From contig PLGI01000075.1 of the NCBI GenBank assembly GCA_003139775.1, positions 1-57,491 on the forward strand: a DNA stretch of 57,491 nucleotides, given 5' to 3'. Shown piece by piece: positions 26,521-36,450 of the stretch; the first letter of the stretch is position 1, and each line of letters opens with the position of its first letter. Made by a program: the position numbers and the translations under genes. Source of the DNA: Syntrophaceae bacterium (GTDB lineage Bacteria > Desulfobacterota > Syntrophia > Syntrophales > Smithellaceae). The notes below the pieces were generated by a model that had not been told where the DNA came from, did no database searches, and worked only from the letters and a program-made list of their open reading frames with translations.

Positions 26521-28215
26521 ATGGATAAAAGGACAATTCTTGCCGTAGTCCTGTCACTTGTTGTTCTTATAGCATACCAAAAGTTTTTCGCACCACCGCT
26601 ACCAAAACAGGCTGCGCCCGCTCAGGAATCAAAGCAGGCAAGTATTGATACGGCTGCAAAATCGCCTGAAAATCCGGCAACGGCGGCAGTGCCGAAGTTA
26701 GCAGCCAAACAGACAGCTTCTAAAAAAGAATCTGCGCCGAAAGATATCAAGGTAGAAACTGAAAATTACACGGCGATATTTTCTACCAGAGGCGCCGCCT
26801 TGAAATCTTTTCAGCTCAAAAGATATCAAAAAGAATGTACTAAATGTACAGCTGATATTTATCCTGTAATTAAGAATTTATTAACCGGCACGAAACAACC
26901 GGTCAAAGCAAAAAGCAATGAGCTGATAGAACTTGTTCAGGTTAAAGAGGGCATGCCTTATCCGTTGGCGATTACCTTTCCCGAATCATCCCCTGAGATT
27001 GCCGCCGATTCAGTTTATGATGCCGATGTAACCAAATTGGACTTGATCAGCGTCAAAGAAAAACAGCGTTTGGTATTTTCCCGGACTTTTAATGGAATTA
27101 AAATAGAGAAGATTTTTACTTTCAATCCCGACAATTATTCAATCACACTGGACGTAAAAGTATTTAACCTTACAGACACATCTCTGACCCAGATACCGCA
27201 TCTTAACTGGTATGAGTATGTAGATTCAAAGAAAGAAACAGACAGATACAGCAAGGAAGGTCCTGTCGCCTATGTGTCTAAGTCCATCAAGCGTAAGAAA
27301 GTATCGGATATATCGACTGATACTAGTCTTGGTCCTGATGTTTCCTGGGGTGGATTTGAAAAAAAATATTTCATGGCTGTAATCATACCGCAAGATCCGT
27401 CCCTGACCAGCATCAACATGTCCAAAGACAGCAATAACATGGTCTCCGTAGAGATTAAAGAAACCAAAAGTATAATCCCGCCGAACCAGTCTGATTCATT
27501 GAACTACGAACTGTTTATCGGCCCAAAGGATTATACTCTCCTTAAGAAACAGGGTATATCGCTGGAAGAAGCTATTGAGTTTGACTCATTTATACCGGGA
27601 TTGAAATGGCTTTCTATTGCGTTGCTTATTTTCATCAAATTTTTGTATCAATATATTAGCAATTACGGAGTCGCCATTATTATACTGACAATCCTGATCA
27701 AACTTATCTTCTGGCCGTTGGGTAATATAAGCTATAGATCCATGAAGGAAATGCAAAAACTTCAGCCTAAATTAGCTGAGTTAAAAGAGAAATACAAAAA
27801 TGATCAGGCCAAAATCGGTCAGGAAACCATGGCTCTCTACAAGGCCCATAAAGTTAACCCCCTTAGTGGCTGTCTGCCGATATTAATTCAGATTCCTGTG
27901 TTTATCGGCCTGTACAATACACTCCTTTATGCCATTGAACTGCGCCACTCGCCATTTTTCTGGTGGATTCAGGATTTATCGGCCAAAGACCCTTATTACA
28001 TTACGCCGATCATCATGGGGGCAACGCAATTTATTCAACAGAAAATGACCCCTTCTACAGGTGATCCAAATATGGCAAAGATGATGTTGATTATGCCCAT
28101 TGTATTTACCTTTATCTTTTTAAATTTTCCGGCAGGGCTGGTCATTTACTGGTTATTAAATAATATTTTAAGCATCGGTCAGCAAATTTACATTAATAAA
28201 AAATTATCTGATTGA
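26521..28215 (+). CDS. yidC: Membrane protein insertase YidC
   Basis: NYGVAIIILT, NPLSGCLPILIQIPVF, DLSAKDP, PAGLVIYW motifs. Confidence 0.96.
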   Translation: MDKRTILAVVLSLVVLIAYQKFFAPPLPKQAAPAQESKQASIDTAAKSPENPATAAVPKLAAKQTASKKESAPKDIKVETENYTAIFSTRGAALKSFQLKRYQKECTKCTADIYPVIKNLLTGTKQPVKAKSNELIELVQVKEGMPYPLAITFPESSPEIAADSVYDADVTKLDLISVKEKQRLVFSRTFNGIKIEKIFTFNPDNYSITLDVKVFNLTDTSLTQIPHLNWYEYVDSKKETDRYSKEGPVAYVSKSIKRKKVSDISTDTSLGPDVSWGGFEKKYFMAVIIPQDPSLTSINMSKDSNNMVSVEIKETKSIIPPNQSDSLNYELFIGPKDYTLLKKQGISLEEAIEFDSFIPGLKWLSIALLIFIKFLYQYISNYGVAIIILTILIKLIFWPLGNISYRSMKEMQKLQPKLAELKEKYKNDQAKIGQETMALYKAHKVNPLSGCLPILIQIPVFIGLYNTLLYAIELRHSPFFWWIQDLSAKDPYYITPIIMGATQFIQQKMTPSTGDPNMAKMMLIMPIVFTFIFLNFPAGLVIYWLLNNILSIGQQIYINKKLSD

Positions 28216-28366
28216 TATAGTGGAGCCTCCACTATAATAACGCGACCTCCCGCGAGTACAGCCTGCCCTCGACCTGACATGTGACCTTTAGGTTATCGGG
28301 GGGCGCATTCCTCCCTCGGCTGGAGCTGGGGGATTCCAAGTCCCGGGATTGACATGAGGTATAAAA

Positions 28367-29329
28367 ATGAGTCCGAAAATTTTAGAGATAGAAGAAAAAT
28401 CAATTGACGAAGCCATTGAAAAAGCTTGCCTTGAGTTTGGTGTGTCACGGGATAAATTAAATATCGAAATTATCTCCGGAGAATCCGGAGGTTTTTTGGG
28501 ATTATTTTCCAAAAAAGCAAAAATAAAAGCATCTCTGGTTTCTCTGGATATGGATTTTAGCTTTACGGATCATCCAAAAGCTAAAAGCGAATCAAAAACA
28601 GAACATCGAGAAAAGCCGGAAAAAGAGGTTATACCTGAAAAAAAGATTGTAACGGAAAAACAAAAAAAGCAGACAGAGCCTGTAGTTTCCCACTCCAACT
28701 TTATACCTGTGTCAAAGGTAAGTGAATCAAAAATAAAAATAGAACCACGGGTAAAGCCCGCAAAAAAGGTTATACCTGAAAAAAAAATTATAACGGAAAA
28801 ACCGGTAAAACAGACAGAGCCTGTAGTTTCCAGCTCCAGCGCTGTGCTGGCATCAAATGCAAAGGATCTGTTGGAAGGCATTTTGCAGAGAATATCATTG
28901 GAATGTAAGGTGACTGTTAATGAAACGCCGGAAAAAATAATTCTCGACATTGAAGGCGATAACAGCGGTTTGCTTATCGGCAAACGCGGACAGAATATCG
29001 ATGCTCTTCAGTATATATTGAACAAAGCAATCAATAAATTTGATAATGGACACAAAATGATCCTGATCGATTCGGGAGAGTACAGAAAAAGAAGAGAAGA
29101 ATTCCTGCTTGGTTTAGCGGAAAAAATAAGGGAAAGAGTAAAAAAGACGCTAAAACCAGTATCGCTTGCACACATGAACGCCCATGAACGGCGACTTATC
29201 CATCTGATGCTGCAAGAAGATGAATCGCTGATCACGCAAAGCCGCGGCGAAGGTAAGTACAGAAAAATCGTCATTCTTCCCGCGAAAGCGGGCAATAACA
29301 AGCATATCAGAGAAAAAAAACAAGAATAG
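28367..29329 (+). CDS. jag: Jag/KhpB RNA-binding protein (Jag-N, KH, R3H domains)
   Basis: GGFLGLFSK, LLIGKRGQNIDALQY, MNAHERRLIH motifs. Confidence 0.9.
   Translation: MSPKILEIEEKSIDEAIEKACLEFGVSRDKLNIEIISGESGGFLGLFSKKAKIKASLVSLDMDFSFTDHPKAKSESKTEHREKPEKEVIPEKKIVTEKQKKQTEPVVSHSNFIPVSKVSESKIKIEPRVKPAKKVIPEKKIITEKPVKQTEPVVSSSSAVLASNAKDLLEGILQRISLECKVTVNETPEKIILDIEGDNSGLLIGKRGQNIDALQYILNKAINKFDNGHKMILIDSGEYRKRREEFLLGLAEKIRERVKKTLKPVSLAHMNAHERRLIHLMLQEDESLITQSRGEGKYRKIVILPAKAGNNKHIREKKQE
28626..28830 (+). repeat. Intragenic imperfect direct repeat (141-nt period) in the Jag linker
   Basis: VIPEKKIVTEKQKKQTEPVVS and VIPEKKIITEKPVKQTEPVVS lie 47 aa apart. Confidence 0.85.
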
Positions 29330-29373
29330 TTTTTAGTCAATTTAACTAATATATAAAGGGGAAGTGTCCAACT

Positions 29374-30753
29374 GTGCTTCACCAAGATACTATAGCCGCT
29401 ATAGCAACTCCTTTCGGTATGGCCGGAGTCGGGATCATTCGGATCAGCGGTCTCGAAGCTCTCAAAATTGCGCGACGTATTTTTCAACCTGCTCATGCAA
29501 ATTGCCCATGGGAAACCCACCATTTATATCATGGCGATATTATCTCGGCCGACGGTATAACCATCCTCGATGAAGTTTTAATATCTTTCATGCGCAAACC
29601 TCACTCTTTCACAGGAGAGGATATTATAGAAATCAACTGCCATGGCAGCCCGCTCATCATCGGGTCTATTCTGACACAATTACTGGAATTGGGTTGCCGC
29701 CTTGCCCGGCCCGGCGAATTCTCCCAGCGCGCTTTTTTCAATAACCGGATTGATTTATCGCAAGCGGAAGCGCTCGCTGCAATGGTTGCCGCAAAATCGG
29801 CAAAAGCTTACGCCATCGGTCTTGGCCAGTTAAAAGGATCTCTAAGCAAAGAAATAGAAGCTCTGCGCACTCTGGTGATTGATGCGCTGGCCGGACTTGA
29901 GGCGGCCATTGATTTTACCGAAGATACATCCACAGAAAAAATTCCGCTATTGCCACCGCAAATTGATCCGGCGTTAGAACATATCCAATCGCTTCTGTCA
30001 TCATATCGCACGGCAAAAGTATACACAGAAGGTATCAATGTCGTCATCACGGGCAAACCCAATGTGGGAAAATCGAGCTTACTCAATACCCTGACGGGCA
30101 AGAAAAAAGCGATTGTTACCGATATCCCGGGTACAACACGCGATTTAATCACGGATACCATCAACATCAGCGGCATTCCTGTAAATCTGACGGATACTGC
30201 CGGGATTAGAGAACCGCAAAACGTCATCGAAAAAGAAGGTATCGATCTGGTTTGGGAAAGTCTGACCAATGCTGATGTTGTGATTATACTATTGGATTGC
30301 AGCAAACCATTAACAAATGAAGATAAAGTTATTATTGATAAGAATAGGGATGGCAATATTATTGCCGCGATAAATAAAATTGATCTGCCGCCTGCCTGGG
30401 AAATAAATACAATTGAACACTTATTTCCGCGAGAGAAAAAAATTCTTAAAATATCAGCTAAATTCGGCGTCGGATTGGAAGAGTTGAAAAAAACCATCAT
30501 GGATTTATCCGGTAGCGGCGATGACAAAAATACAGGCTCCGCGATGATTACTAATATGCGCCATAAGCTGGCCATGGAAAAAGCTCTTAAAAATATTCAG
30601 GTGGCAAAGGAAAGTATCGTAGGCGGCATGTCTCCGGAATTCGCCGCTTTCGACCTGCGCGAAGCCTTGGATAATCTGGATGAAATAACCGGTAAAAAAA
30701 TCAATGATGAAATATTGGATAAGATATTCTCCAGTTTTTGCATCGGCAAGTGA
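29374..30753 (+). CDS. mnmE: tRNA modification GTPase MnmE
   Basis: DTIAAIAT, GKPNVGKSS, PGTTRD, DTAG, NKID, terminal FCIGK. Confidence 0.96.
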   Translation: MLHQDTIAAIATPFGMAGVGIIRISGLEALKIARRIFQPAHANCPWETHHLYHGDIISADGITILDEVLISFMRKPHSFTGEDIIEINCHGSPLIIGSILTQLLELGCRLARPGEFSQRAFFNNRIDLSQAEALAAMVAAKSAKAYAIGLGQLKGSLSKEIEALRTLVIDALAGLEAAIDFTEDTSTEKIPLLPPQIDPALEHIQSLLSSYRTAKVYTEGINVVITGKPNVGKSSLLNTLTGKKKAIVTDIPGTTRDLITDTINISGIPVNLTDTAGIREPQNVIEKEGIDLVWESLTNADVVIILLDCSKPLTNEDKVIIDKNRDGNIIAAINKIDLPPAWEINTIEHLFPREKKILKISAKFGVGLEELKKTIMDLSGSGDDKNTGSAMITNMRHKLAMEKALKNIQVAKESIVGGMSPEFAAFDLREALDNLDEITGKKINDEILDKIFSSFCIGK

Positions 30754-30880
30754 TACCAATCCGCTTTCATCGGCTAACTTTGTTGGCAGTGTTGTCGGCT
30801 TCCTCAACGTATAATCTGAAGCTCACGCGTGTTTAAAATACGTCTCGTCGCCTCCTCCTCGCCGCCGCGTTATCCTTTGA
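30754..30880. mobile_element. Degenerate family 3 element in the opposite orientation
   Basis: CTTTGTTGGC.GTGTTGTCGGCTTCCTCAACGTAT..GCCTCCTCCTCGCCGCC matches the reverse complement of the 25075-25198 interior. Confidence 0.6.
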
Positions 30881-31068
30881 CCGGGTGCGCAACCAAAGGG
30901 AGCGCAATATAAAAATATTTTTTCTTACTATACCGGGAAATGACGCCCAACAGGCGGCAACTTCCAATTGAAATGGTATAAATTTGAATCTCCCATAATT
31001 TTGTGCTAGCATTGCATCATATTTTTAGTATGGTTTTTATCGTCGATGACATAAAATCAGATAATATT

Positions 31069-32199
31069 ATGAAGAAATTTTATTTTTTACTTTGTCTTAC
31101 GGTAATTTTTTGCTGGTCAATAAACAATGCCCTTAGCCAGGAAAAATGCGTTAATGCAGAGGCGGAATCAGCCATTCTTAATGACGATATTCCCTCCGCT
31201 AAACTCGAAGCCATCGCCCGCGCCAAATGGTCGGCAATTGAAGAAGTCATCGATACCGAAATCAAACTACGGAGCTTTGTGCAAAACTTCACACTGCTGG
31301 AAGATGTTATTAAAACAAAAGACGACGGTGTAGTTAAAAGTTATAAAGTGATCAATCAGAAAAACGACAAAGATAGTGTCAATATCAAGATTAAAGCTTG
31401 CGTGGAAGCGGCCAAAGCCAGAGAGGCCGTTTCCCAGTTAGGATTAAATAGTTCTATTGCTGTTTTTATTCCCGTGCGCAAACCCGGCCGCAGCGGCGAT
31501 GAATTCGAGGAAACAAATATTCTTTCCGAAACCCTAATCGGCATTCTCACCGAACAGAACTATACCGTTGTCGATGTCGCTCCGACACAAGCCATTGACG
31601 CCGCGGAAATAGAAAAAGCTATCCGCAGCGGCAACACTTTAAATCTGCGCAGTATGATGTATAAATTTTTATCCAACTTGATTATCATCGGCAAAGTTAA
31701 TTACACAATTTCCACGAAAAAAGGAGAAATTACTGGCCACGGTATTTCCCTGTCTTTAAATAATGTGACAGTGCGCCTGACTTACCGGATCATTGCCAAA
31801 AACAATAAGACCGGCAATATGGAAATTTTGACCGCAGGTACAGAAGAAGCTAGAGGAGTGGCAAATGACGTGGAAGCTGCGGCAGGGGAAGCAATGAAAG
31901 AATTGGCTCAAAATCTGGCGCCCGCCATTCTGGATAAGGTCAGCCAATACATCATTGGCAATACGAAGAAAGTTGCCATTAAGGTTAATAACGTAAATGA
32001 TATAGATACGGTTATAGAAATTAAAGAAATACTTCAAAATATCGCCTGGGTTTCTGATGTCGAAGAAAAACAGATGGGTGATTTTGTTGTCAGCTATCCG
32101 GAAAACACATTTTACCTGGCCAACAGTATTGAACAAAAAAGTGATTTAAAAGTTCTAAATTTTTCGCCCTCTTCTGTTGTTCTGGAGTATCAAGAATAA
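31069..32199 (+). CDS. Exported protein with a FlgT-N-like N-terminal domain
   Basis: Signal peptide MKKFYFLLCL..; A..EAI.RAKWSAIE..I.S pattern; likely start at 31069. Confidence 0.55.
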   Translation: MKKFYFLLCLTVIFCWSINNALSQEKCVNAEAESAILNDDIPSAKLEAIARAKWSAIEEVIDTEIKLRSFVQNFTLLEDVIKTKDDGVVKSYKVINQKNDKDSVNIKIKACVEAAKAREAVSQLGLNSSIAVFIPVRKPGRSGDEFEETNILSETLIGILTEQNYTVVDVAPTQAIDAAEIEKAIRSGNTLNLRSMMYKFLSNLIIIGKVNYTISTKKGEITGHGISLSLNNVTVRLTYRIIAKNNKTGNMEILTAGTEEARGVANDVEAAAGEAMKELAQNLAPAILDKVSQYIIGNTKKVAIKVNNVNDIDTVIEIKEILQNIAWVSDVEEKQMGDFVVSYPENTFYLANSIEQKSDLKVLNFSPSSVVLEYQE

Positions 32200-32393
32200 G
32201 GCGATACAATTTTATATGAAAATTGCTGCTAACAGGCACAAACATAGATTGATGAAATGTATGAACGACTCTGGCTGGAGCACGCCCTTCCAAATCATGA
32301 CGCGCCGTGCTCATCACTTTTAACGTGTTCACCTACAACTAAATGTTTTTAATTTTGAATCGCAGTGATGATTACCATTTATAATAGAAAGTA

Positions 32394-33167
32394 TCAGTTG
32401 GTTAAGAATAAGTAGTTGTTTTGAACATTAACATTATTAATAGAGTACCGTAAGGGTGAGAGAACCGGAATACGATAAAATGGGTTGAACATATTTTGTA
32501 ACTCCTGACGTATTGCACCGGGGATTAGAAAATGGTTGACAATGACCTTTGAAGATAGAGCAAAAAGGGAATTATCCTTTGCTTTCATCTGTAAGGCTGT
32601 ATAGCCTTCCAGCCTTTTCCCTTTCACATATTTATTTAGAAGCTTCAGGGTCTTAGGGGGGATTTCAGAAACCGGAATATCAAAAAAATATTCGGCATAA
32701 GGCGGCGAAAACCTGATCGAGACTCGAGCCTGTTTATTTTTAAGTTTTTTTACTCTACCGGCAATGTATCTCTCAATGGCTTTGGCCGAAATCAGAATAC
32801 CCACTTTGCCCTCAGAAGAGGAAATGATTTTGAACTTTTTTGCTTTTTTTAGCTGGTTGAAGTCGATGACCGGTTTTTCGTATAAGATGGTTATATAATC
32901 CGCCACAAGATCTCCAATTACGGCATTTTCAAACTTCACAGCAAGAGTTTTTATTTCATTTGGTTTCTCTTGTGATAACCTGATCTGAACCACAATTTTT
33001 TTGCACTGAATATTCTTACCCAAAATATTCATTATCTCATTCTCTAAAGTCCTGGCGGTAAGATTCGGTGTTTCTGCGAATGAGGCAACGGGGAAGATAA
33101 GGCCAATGGAGATCAAAAGGAAATAAAACAGTAATCGAATCCCTTTATTTTTGTATGATTTTTCCAT
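32394..33167 (-). CDS. Hypothetical exported basic protein (possibly LmeA/DUF2993-like)
   Basis: Signal peptide ending ASFA; likely start at 33167, overlapping the upstream gene. Confidence 0.5.
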   Translation of the reverse strand: MEKSYKNKGIRLLFYFLLISIGLIFPVASFAETPNLTARTLENEIMNILGKNIQCKKIVVQIRLSQEKPNEIKTLAVKFENAVIGDLVADYITILYEKPVIDFNQLKKAKKFKIISSSEGKVGILISAKAIERYIAGRVKKLKNKQARVSIRFSPPYAEYFFDIPVSEIPPKTLKLLNKYVKGKRLEGYTALQMKAKDNSLFALSSKVIVNHFLIPGAIRQELQNMFNPFYRIPVLSPLRYSINNVNVQNNYLFLTN

Positions 33168-33540
33168 TTTCAATAAAAAGCTCCTTAAATCCATAGCGCG
33201 ACGGTTGCGAAACTGTAATTCGATAACAATCAAGACCATCCGACTCGTAGATAAATGATTTTTCCGTGCCCGTCTCCAATGGTATTTTATCAATAAATTC
33301 CGGTTTTAACTGTTCGAGCTTATCAGGGTATCTCATATTTTTCGCATAATAGGCTTCAACAGTCTGAGACAGGACAGTCATATCGCTCAAAATCTGCATT
33401 TTGGGATCATCTATTTTTTTCACTGGCGGATTGTAATATTCAGTTCCTCCCTGCTGATAGAGGAAAAAAACATAAACTGCGATGACAATCATTACAAGCA
33501 ATATGATGCCCAACAGGAATTTCCATTTTCCGCGAAACAT
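33145..33540 (-). CDS. Pilin/GspG-like small membrane-anchored protein
   Basis: N-terminal TM; EAYY...RYP..L..L.P.FI..IP pattern typical of the pseudopilin C-terminal part. Confidence 0.5.
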   Translation of the reverse strand: MFRGKWKFLLGIILLVMIVIAVYVFFLYQQGGTEYYNPPVKKIDDPKMQILSDMTVLSQTVEAYYAKNMRYPDKLEQLKPEFIDKIPLETGTEKSFIYESDGLDCYRITVSQPSRYGFKELFIENGKIIQK

Positions 33541-33785
33541 ATTAAGACATGTCTCCTGTTCTTCTATTATATTAAATATTAATATACGTTAAATTTGGTT
33601 TGATAATGATTTAGCTTCTATACAAAATATCATTGGAAATCAAACAAATGTTATTTATGGATTCCGGATATTGAATACCGTTTGAAATAGAGCATACCAT
33701 AAAAATTATAGGACGCTCTCTTCCTTAGAAGAGGAAGTGAGATTTACAGTCCGTATCAACCGCTAATCCGCAATAGCCCCAACTG

Positions 33786-34011
33786 GGGTGGTTGAAAAAC
33801 TCCATGCTTTGGGGTTTTTCAAATACTCTAAAGGGCATGCGAATATTCAGATGCAAGGCGCGCAAAAAACCGAGCCGCGAGGCGTATAACCTAAAGGTCA
33901 CACGTATGGACATACATTGAGTGGTGCGGTTTGCAGCGCAACCCCGTGCCTTCGCCGGGGTAAACTCCGCAGATGCCAGCACGGAGCATGCCGTAAGCGT
34001 TTTGTAAAGCC
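33786..34011. mobile_element. Composite or degenerate family 1 element
   Basis: GGTTGAAAAAC, TTCAGATGCAAGGCGCGCAAAAAA and GCGGTTTGCAGCGCAAC are shared with copy C (reverse complement), with extra inserted palindromes. Confidence 0.6.
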
Positions 34012-34097
34012 TTAGGCTTTTTCCGGCAAGGAATGCGTCCTGTAATAATTGCGCCTCCCTGAGGGAATGCACTCCCGATCAACAGTCCCTATCTATA

Positions 34098-34844
34098 TTA
34101 TTTTTCTTCCAATCCTTGAATAAACGCCAGAACATTTTTACCCAGAACGCTGTGGTTGTAGCCACCTTCCAGAATACCGAAGCAGCCGCCATTGTTATGC
34201 CGGGCGGCATCTCGCACCAGCTTGCCCATATATTTGTAGTCTTCAGTTTTCAAAAGGCCGCCCCAGTCGGCTTCATGATTATCAAACCCGGCAGATACGG
34301 CGATAATATCAGCATTTGTTTGCGCTAAACCATTCTGCACATTTTTCAAATATTCATTACGATTAGATGCTGTGGGATTAAGTATTGTCACATATCCCTT
34401 GCCGCCCAGGATATTCACATTGCCATCACCGAAATGCAGATCGAAATCCAGAATGAACGCTTTTTTAATTTTATCCTCACACTTTAGTTTTTCCAACGCT
34501 ATCGCCATATTGTTAAAATAACAAAACCCCCACGCGCTTCCCGCTGAAGCATGGTGGCCGGGCGGACGAATTACAGCAAAGCATGGCTCGGCTAAGCCGA
34601 TTTGTGCCGCTTTAATCGCGCCTCCGGCGGCGAGCGCCGCAATGTCGTATACGCCCTCACGTTCGACCGACTTTACATATTCGGCAGTGTGCACTCGGAG
34701 AATATCTTCTTGGGAGGCCGGAAGAGGTGTGACAAAACTTACTTTACCGCGCAGTGCTATTTCAATGGCGTGAATACGGCCTGCGGCAGAAGCGGGATCA
34801 GACGAATAAATTTCGTTATAATCTTCATGATAAACAACCTTCAT
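34098..34844 (-). CDS. Zn-dependent histone deacetylase family protein
   Basis: RPPGHHA, GFCYFNN, LDFDLHFGDG, VSAGFD, LEGGY motifs. Confidence 0.93.
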   Translation of the reverse strand: MKVVYHEDYNEIYSSDPASAAGRIHAIEIALRGKVSFVTPLPASQEDILRVHTAEYVKSVEREGVYDIAALAAGGAIKAAQIGLAEPCFAVIRPPGHHASAGSAWGFCYFNNMAIALEKLKCEDKIKKAFILDFDLHFGDGNVNILGGKGYVTILNPTASNRNEYLKNVQNGLAQTNADIIAVSAGFDNHEADWGGLLKTEDYKYMGKLVRDAARHNNGGCFGILEGGYNHSVLGKNVLAFIQGLEEK

Positions 34845-35619
34845 TTAATCCTCCTTTTTCCAGTTTAAAAGAAAATCGGCTCGTAACCCACGGTTCAGGG
34901 TTTTCATCAAGAACTTTTTCCACGAATTTTACGCGATTATTTTTTCCTATAAGCAAAATTGTCGAAGAACGGGTGCCGTAAACAGGGCTGGTAATAAATA
35001 TAGACGACAATACCCGCTCCCATTCCAATCCGATGCCTGTTGCGGGCAGTTTTCTGTCCGGCGGAATGTGGCGATCCGCCAGCAGGTCAAATAATGCTTT
35101 TCCCAATTCAGCGCCTTTTTTATCCAGTGCGGCCTTCAATAGCCTCTTACCCCTTGATACTTTTGGCCAGGGTGTATTCAAGAGATGATTGCTTAAGCCA
35201 TAGATTCCGGGTTTTAGTTCTTGTTTTCCTCCGCAATTGGAAAAAACAAAAAGGTCACTGCCCTCCCCCAGGATCAAATTAAAGCCATTGTATTTATCTG
35301 CCTGCGGGGAAATCTCTTCCAGATAATTACTTGGGTTTTGTTTTCCGGAAATGTAACGGCTGACAAGCCCTCCGCGCGAAAGAGCATTGCTTTTAAAAGT
35401 GGACGGATCGCGATAATTAGTGATGGCGGCAAATTTCCCTTTTTTGGTTACACCAAGCCATGTACCACCTTCTTTTAAATCGCGTCCGGCAAGCACTTGC
35501 GGTTGATCCTCCCAAAAGTCCGCCGGGGCCGATGGCCGCTCATAAAATTCATCGCGGTTAGCCGCAAGAATTAATCTGTATGAGGGATGAAAATTGTAAG
35601 CGAATACTATCAGGCACAT
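34825..35619 (-). CDS. NRDE/TANGO2 family protein
   Basis: N-terminal MCL, AANRDEFYERP, GGTWLG, SRGGLV, YNGFNL, YGTRSST motifs. Confidence 0.93.
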   Translation of the reverse strand: MCLIVFAYNFHPSYRLILAANRDEFYERPSAPADFWEDQPQVLAGRDLKEGGTWLGVTKKGKFAAITNYRDPSTFKSNALSRGGLVSRYISGKQNPSNYLEEISPQADKYNGFNLILGEGSDLFVFSNCGGKQELKPGIYGLSNHLLNTPWPKVSRGKRLLKAALDKKGAELGKALFDLLADRHIPPDRKLPATGIGLEWERVLSSIFITSPVYGTRSSTILLIGKNNRVKFVEKVLDENPEPWVTSRFSFKLEKGGLNEGCLS

Positions 35620-35641
35620 TAGGCTTTATATAATCCGGAAC

Positions 35642-36409
35642 TTATTTTACAATTTTTTTTAATCTCGTCATTATTCTCGCCATCGTATCTCCGGCCGGTG
35701 CGTTGATAAATACATCGGCTATATCATCATGCCCTGTGTCTCCCATATTAATAATGACAATATTCGCGCCTGATCGTTTGGCGTACATCGGCATATAAGC
35801 GGCGGGATAAACAATCAGCGTTGAACCTATAACGATAAACAAGTCGCATTCCCTGGATTCCCGCTCGGCCATCATCAAAGTGTGCTGCGGAAGCATTTCG
35901 CCGAAAAAAACAACATCGGGTTTCAGAATACCCTGGCATTTTTCACATACCGGGAAATAATCCGGTGACGGATGTTTTTGTCTCATTTCTTCGACAGGAT
36001 AACGCATGCCACAATCAAGACAGATCAGCCACTGCATATTGCCGTGTAGTTCATGAACTTTCTTTGGATTGTTACCCGCCTTCTGATGCAGGTTGTCTAT
36101 GTTCTGCGTAATGACTGAACTTAATTTGTTCATCTTCTCCAGCTCGGCTATTGCCAGATGAGCCCTGTTAGGCTCGGCATTGAGCAACGATCCGCCTTCC
36201 ACAAAAAGATACCAGACTTTCTTGCGGGTCTCGCCCGAACTAAGAAATCTGTCAATGGTGAAATCTTCGGGATCAACTTTTGTCCAGAGGCCGTCCGGAC
36301 CGCGGAAATCAGGTATGCCCGATTCCGTGCTGATGCCTGCTCCGGTGAAAACCACCAGCCTTTTCGACGCCGCGATCATTTCCGCAGTTTTATTGATTTT
36401 TGTTTCCAT
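35642..36409 (-). CDS. cobB: NAD-dependent protein deacylase (sirtuin)
   Basis: TGAGISTESGIPDFRG, TQNIDNLHQKAG, ELHG, two CxxC, KPDVVFFGE motifs. Confidence 0.93.
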   Translation of the reverse strand: METKINKTAEMIAASKRLVVFTGAGISTESGIPDFRGPDGLWTKVDPEDFTIDRFLSSGETRKKVWYLFVEGGSLLNAEPNRAHLAIAELEKMNKLSSVITQNIDNLHQKAGNNPKKVHELHGNMQWLICLDCGMRYPVEEMRQKHPSPDYFPVCEKCQGILKPDVVFFGEMLPQHTLMMAERESRECDLFIVIGSTLIVYPAAYMPMYAKRSGANIVIINMGDTGHDDIADVFINAPAGDTMARIMTRLKKIVK

Positions 36410-36450
36410 AAACGGCCGTTACCCCTTTTTATGGTTTTTCCGGTTTTCGA

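Noticed and set aside
28216-28360. tRNA-like or ncRNA structure between yidC and jag
   Set aside because: It has hairpins but no T-arm or acceptor stem; the pieces resemble degenerate REP palindromes.
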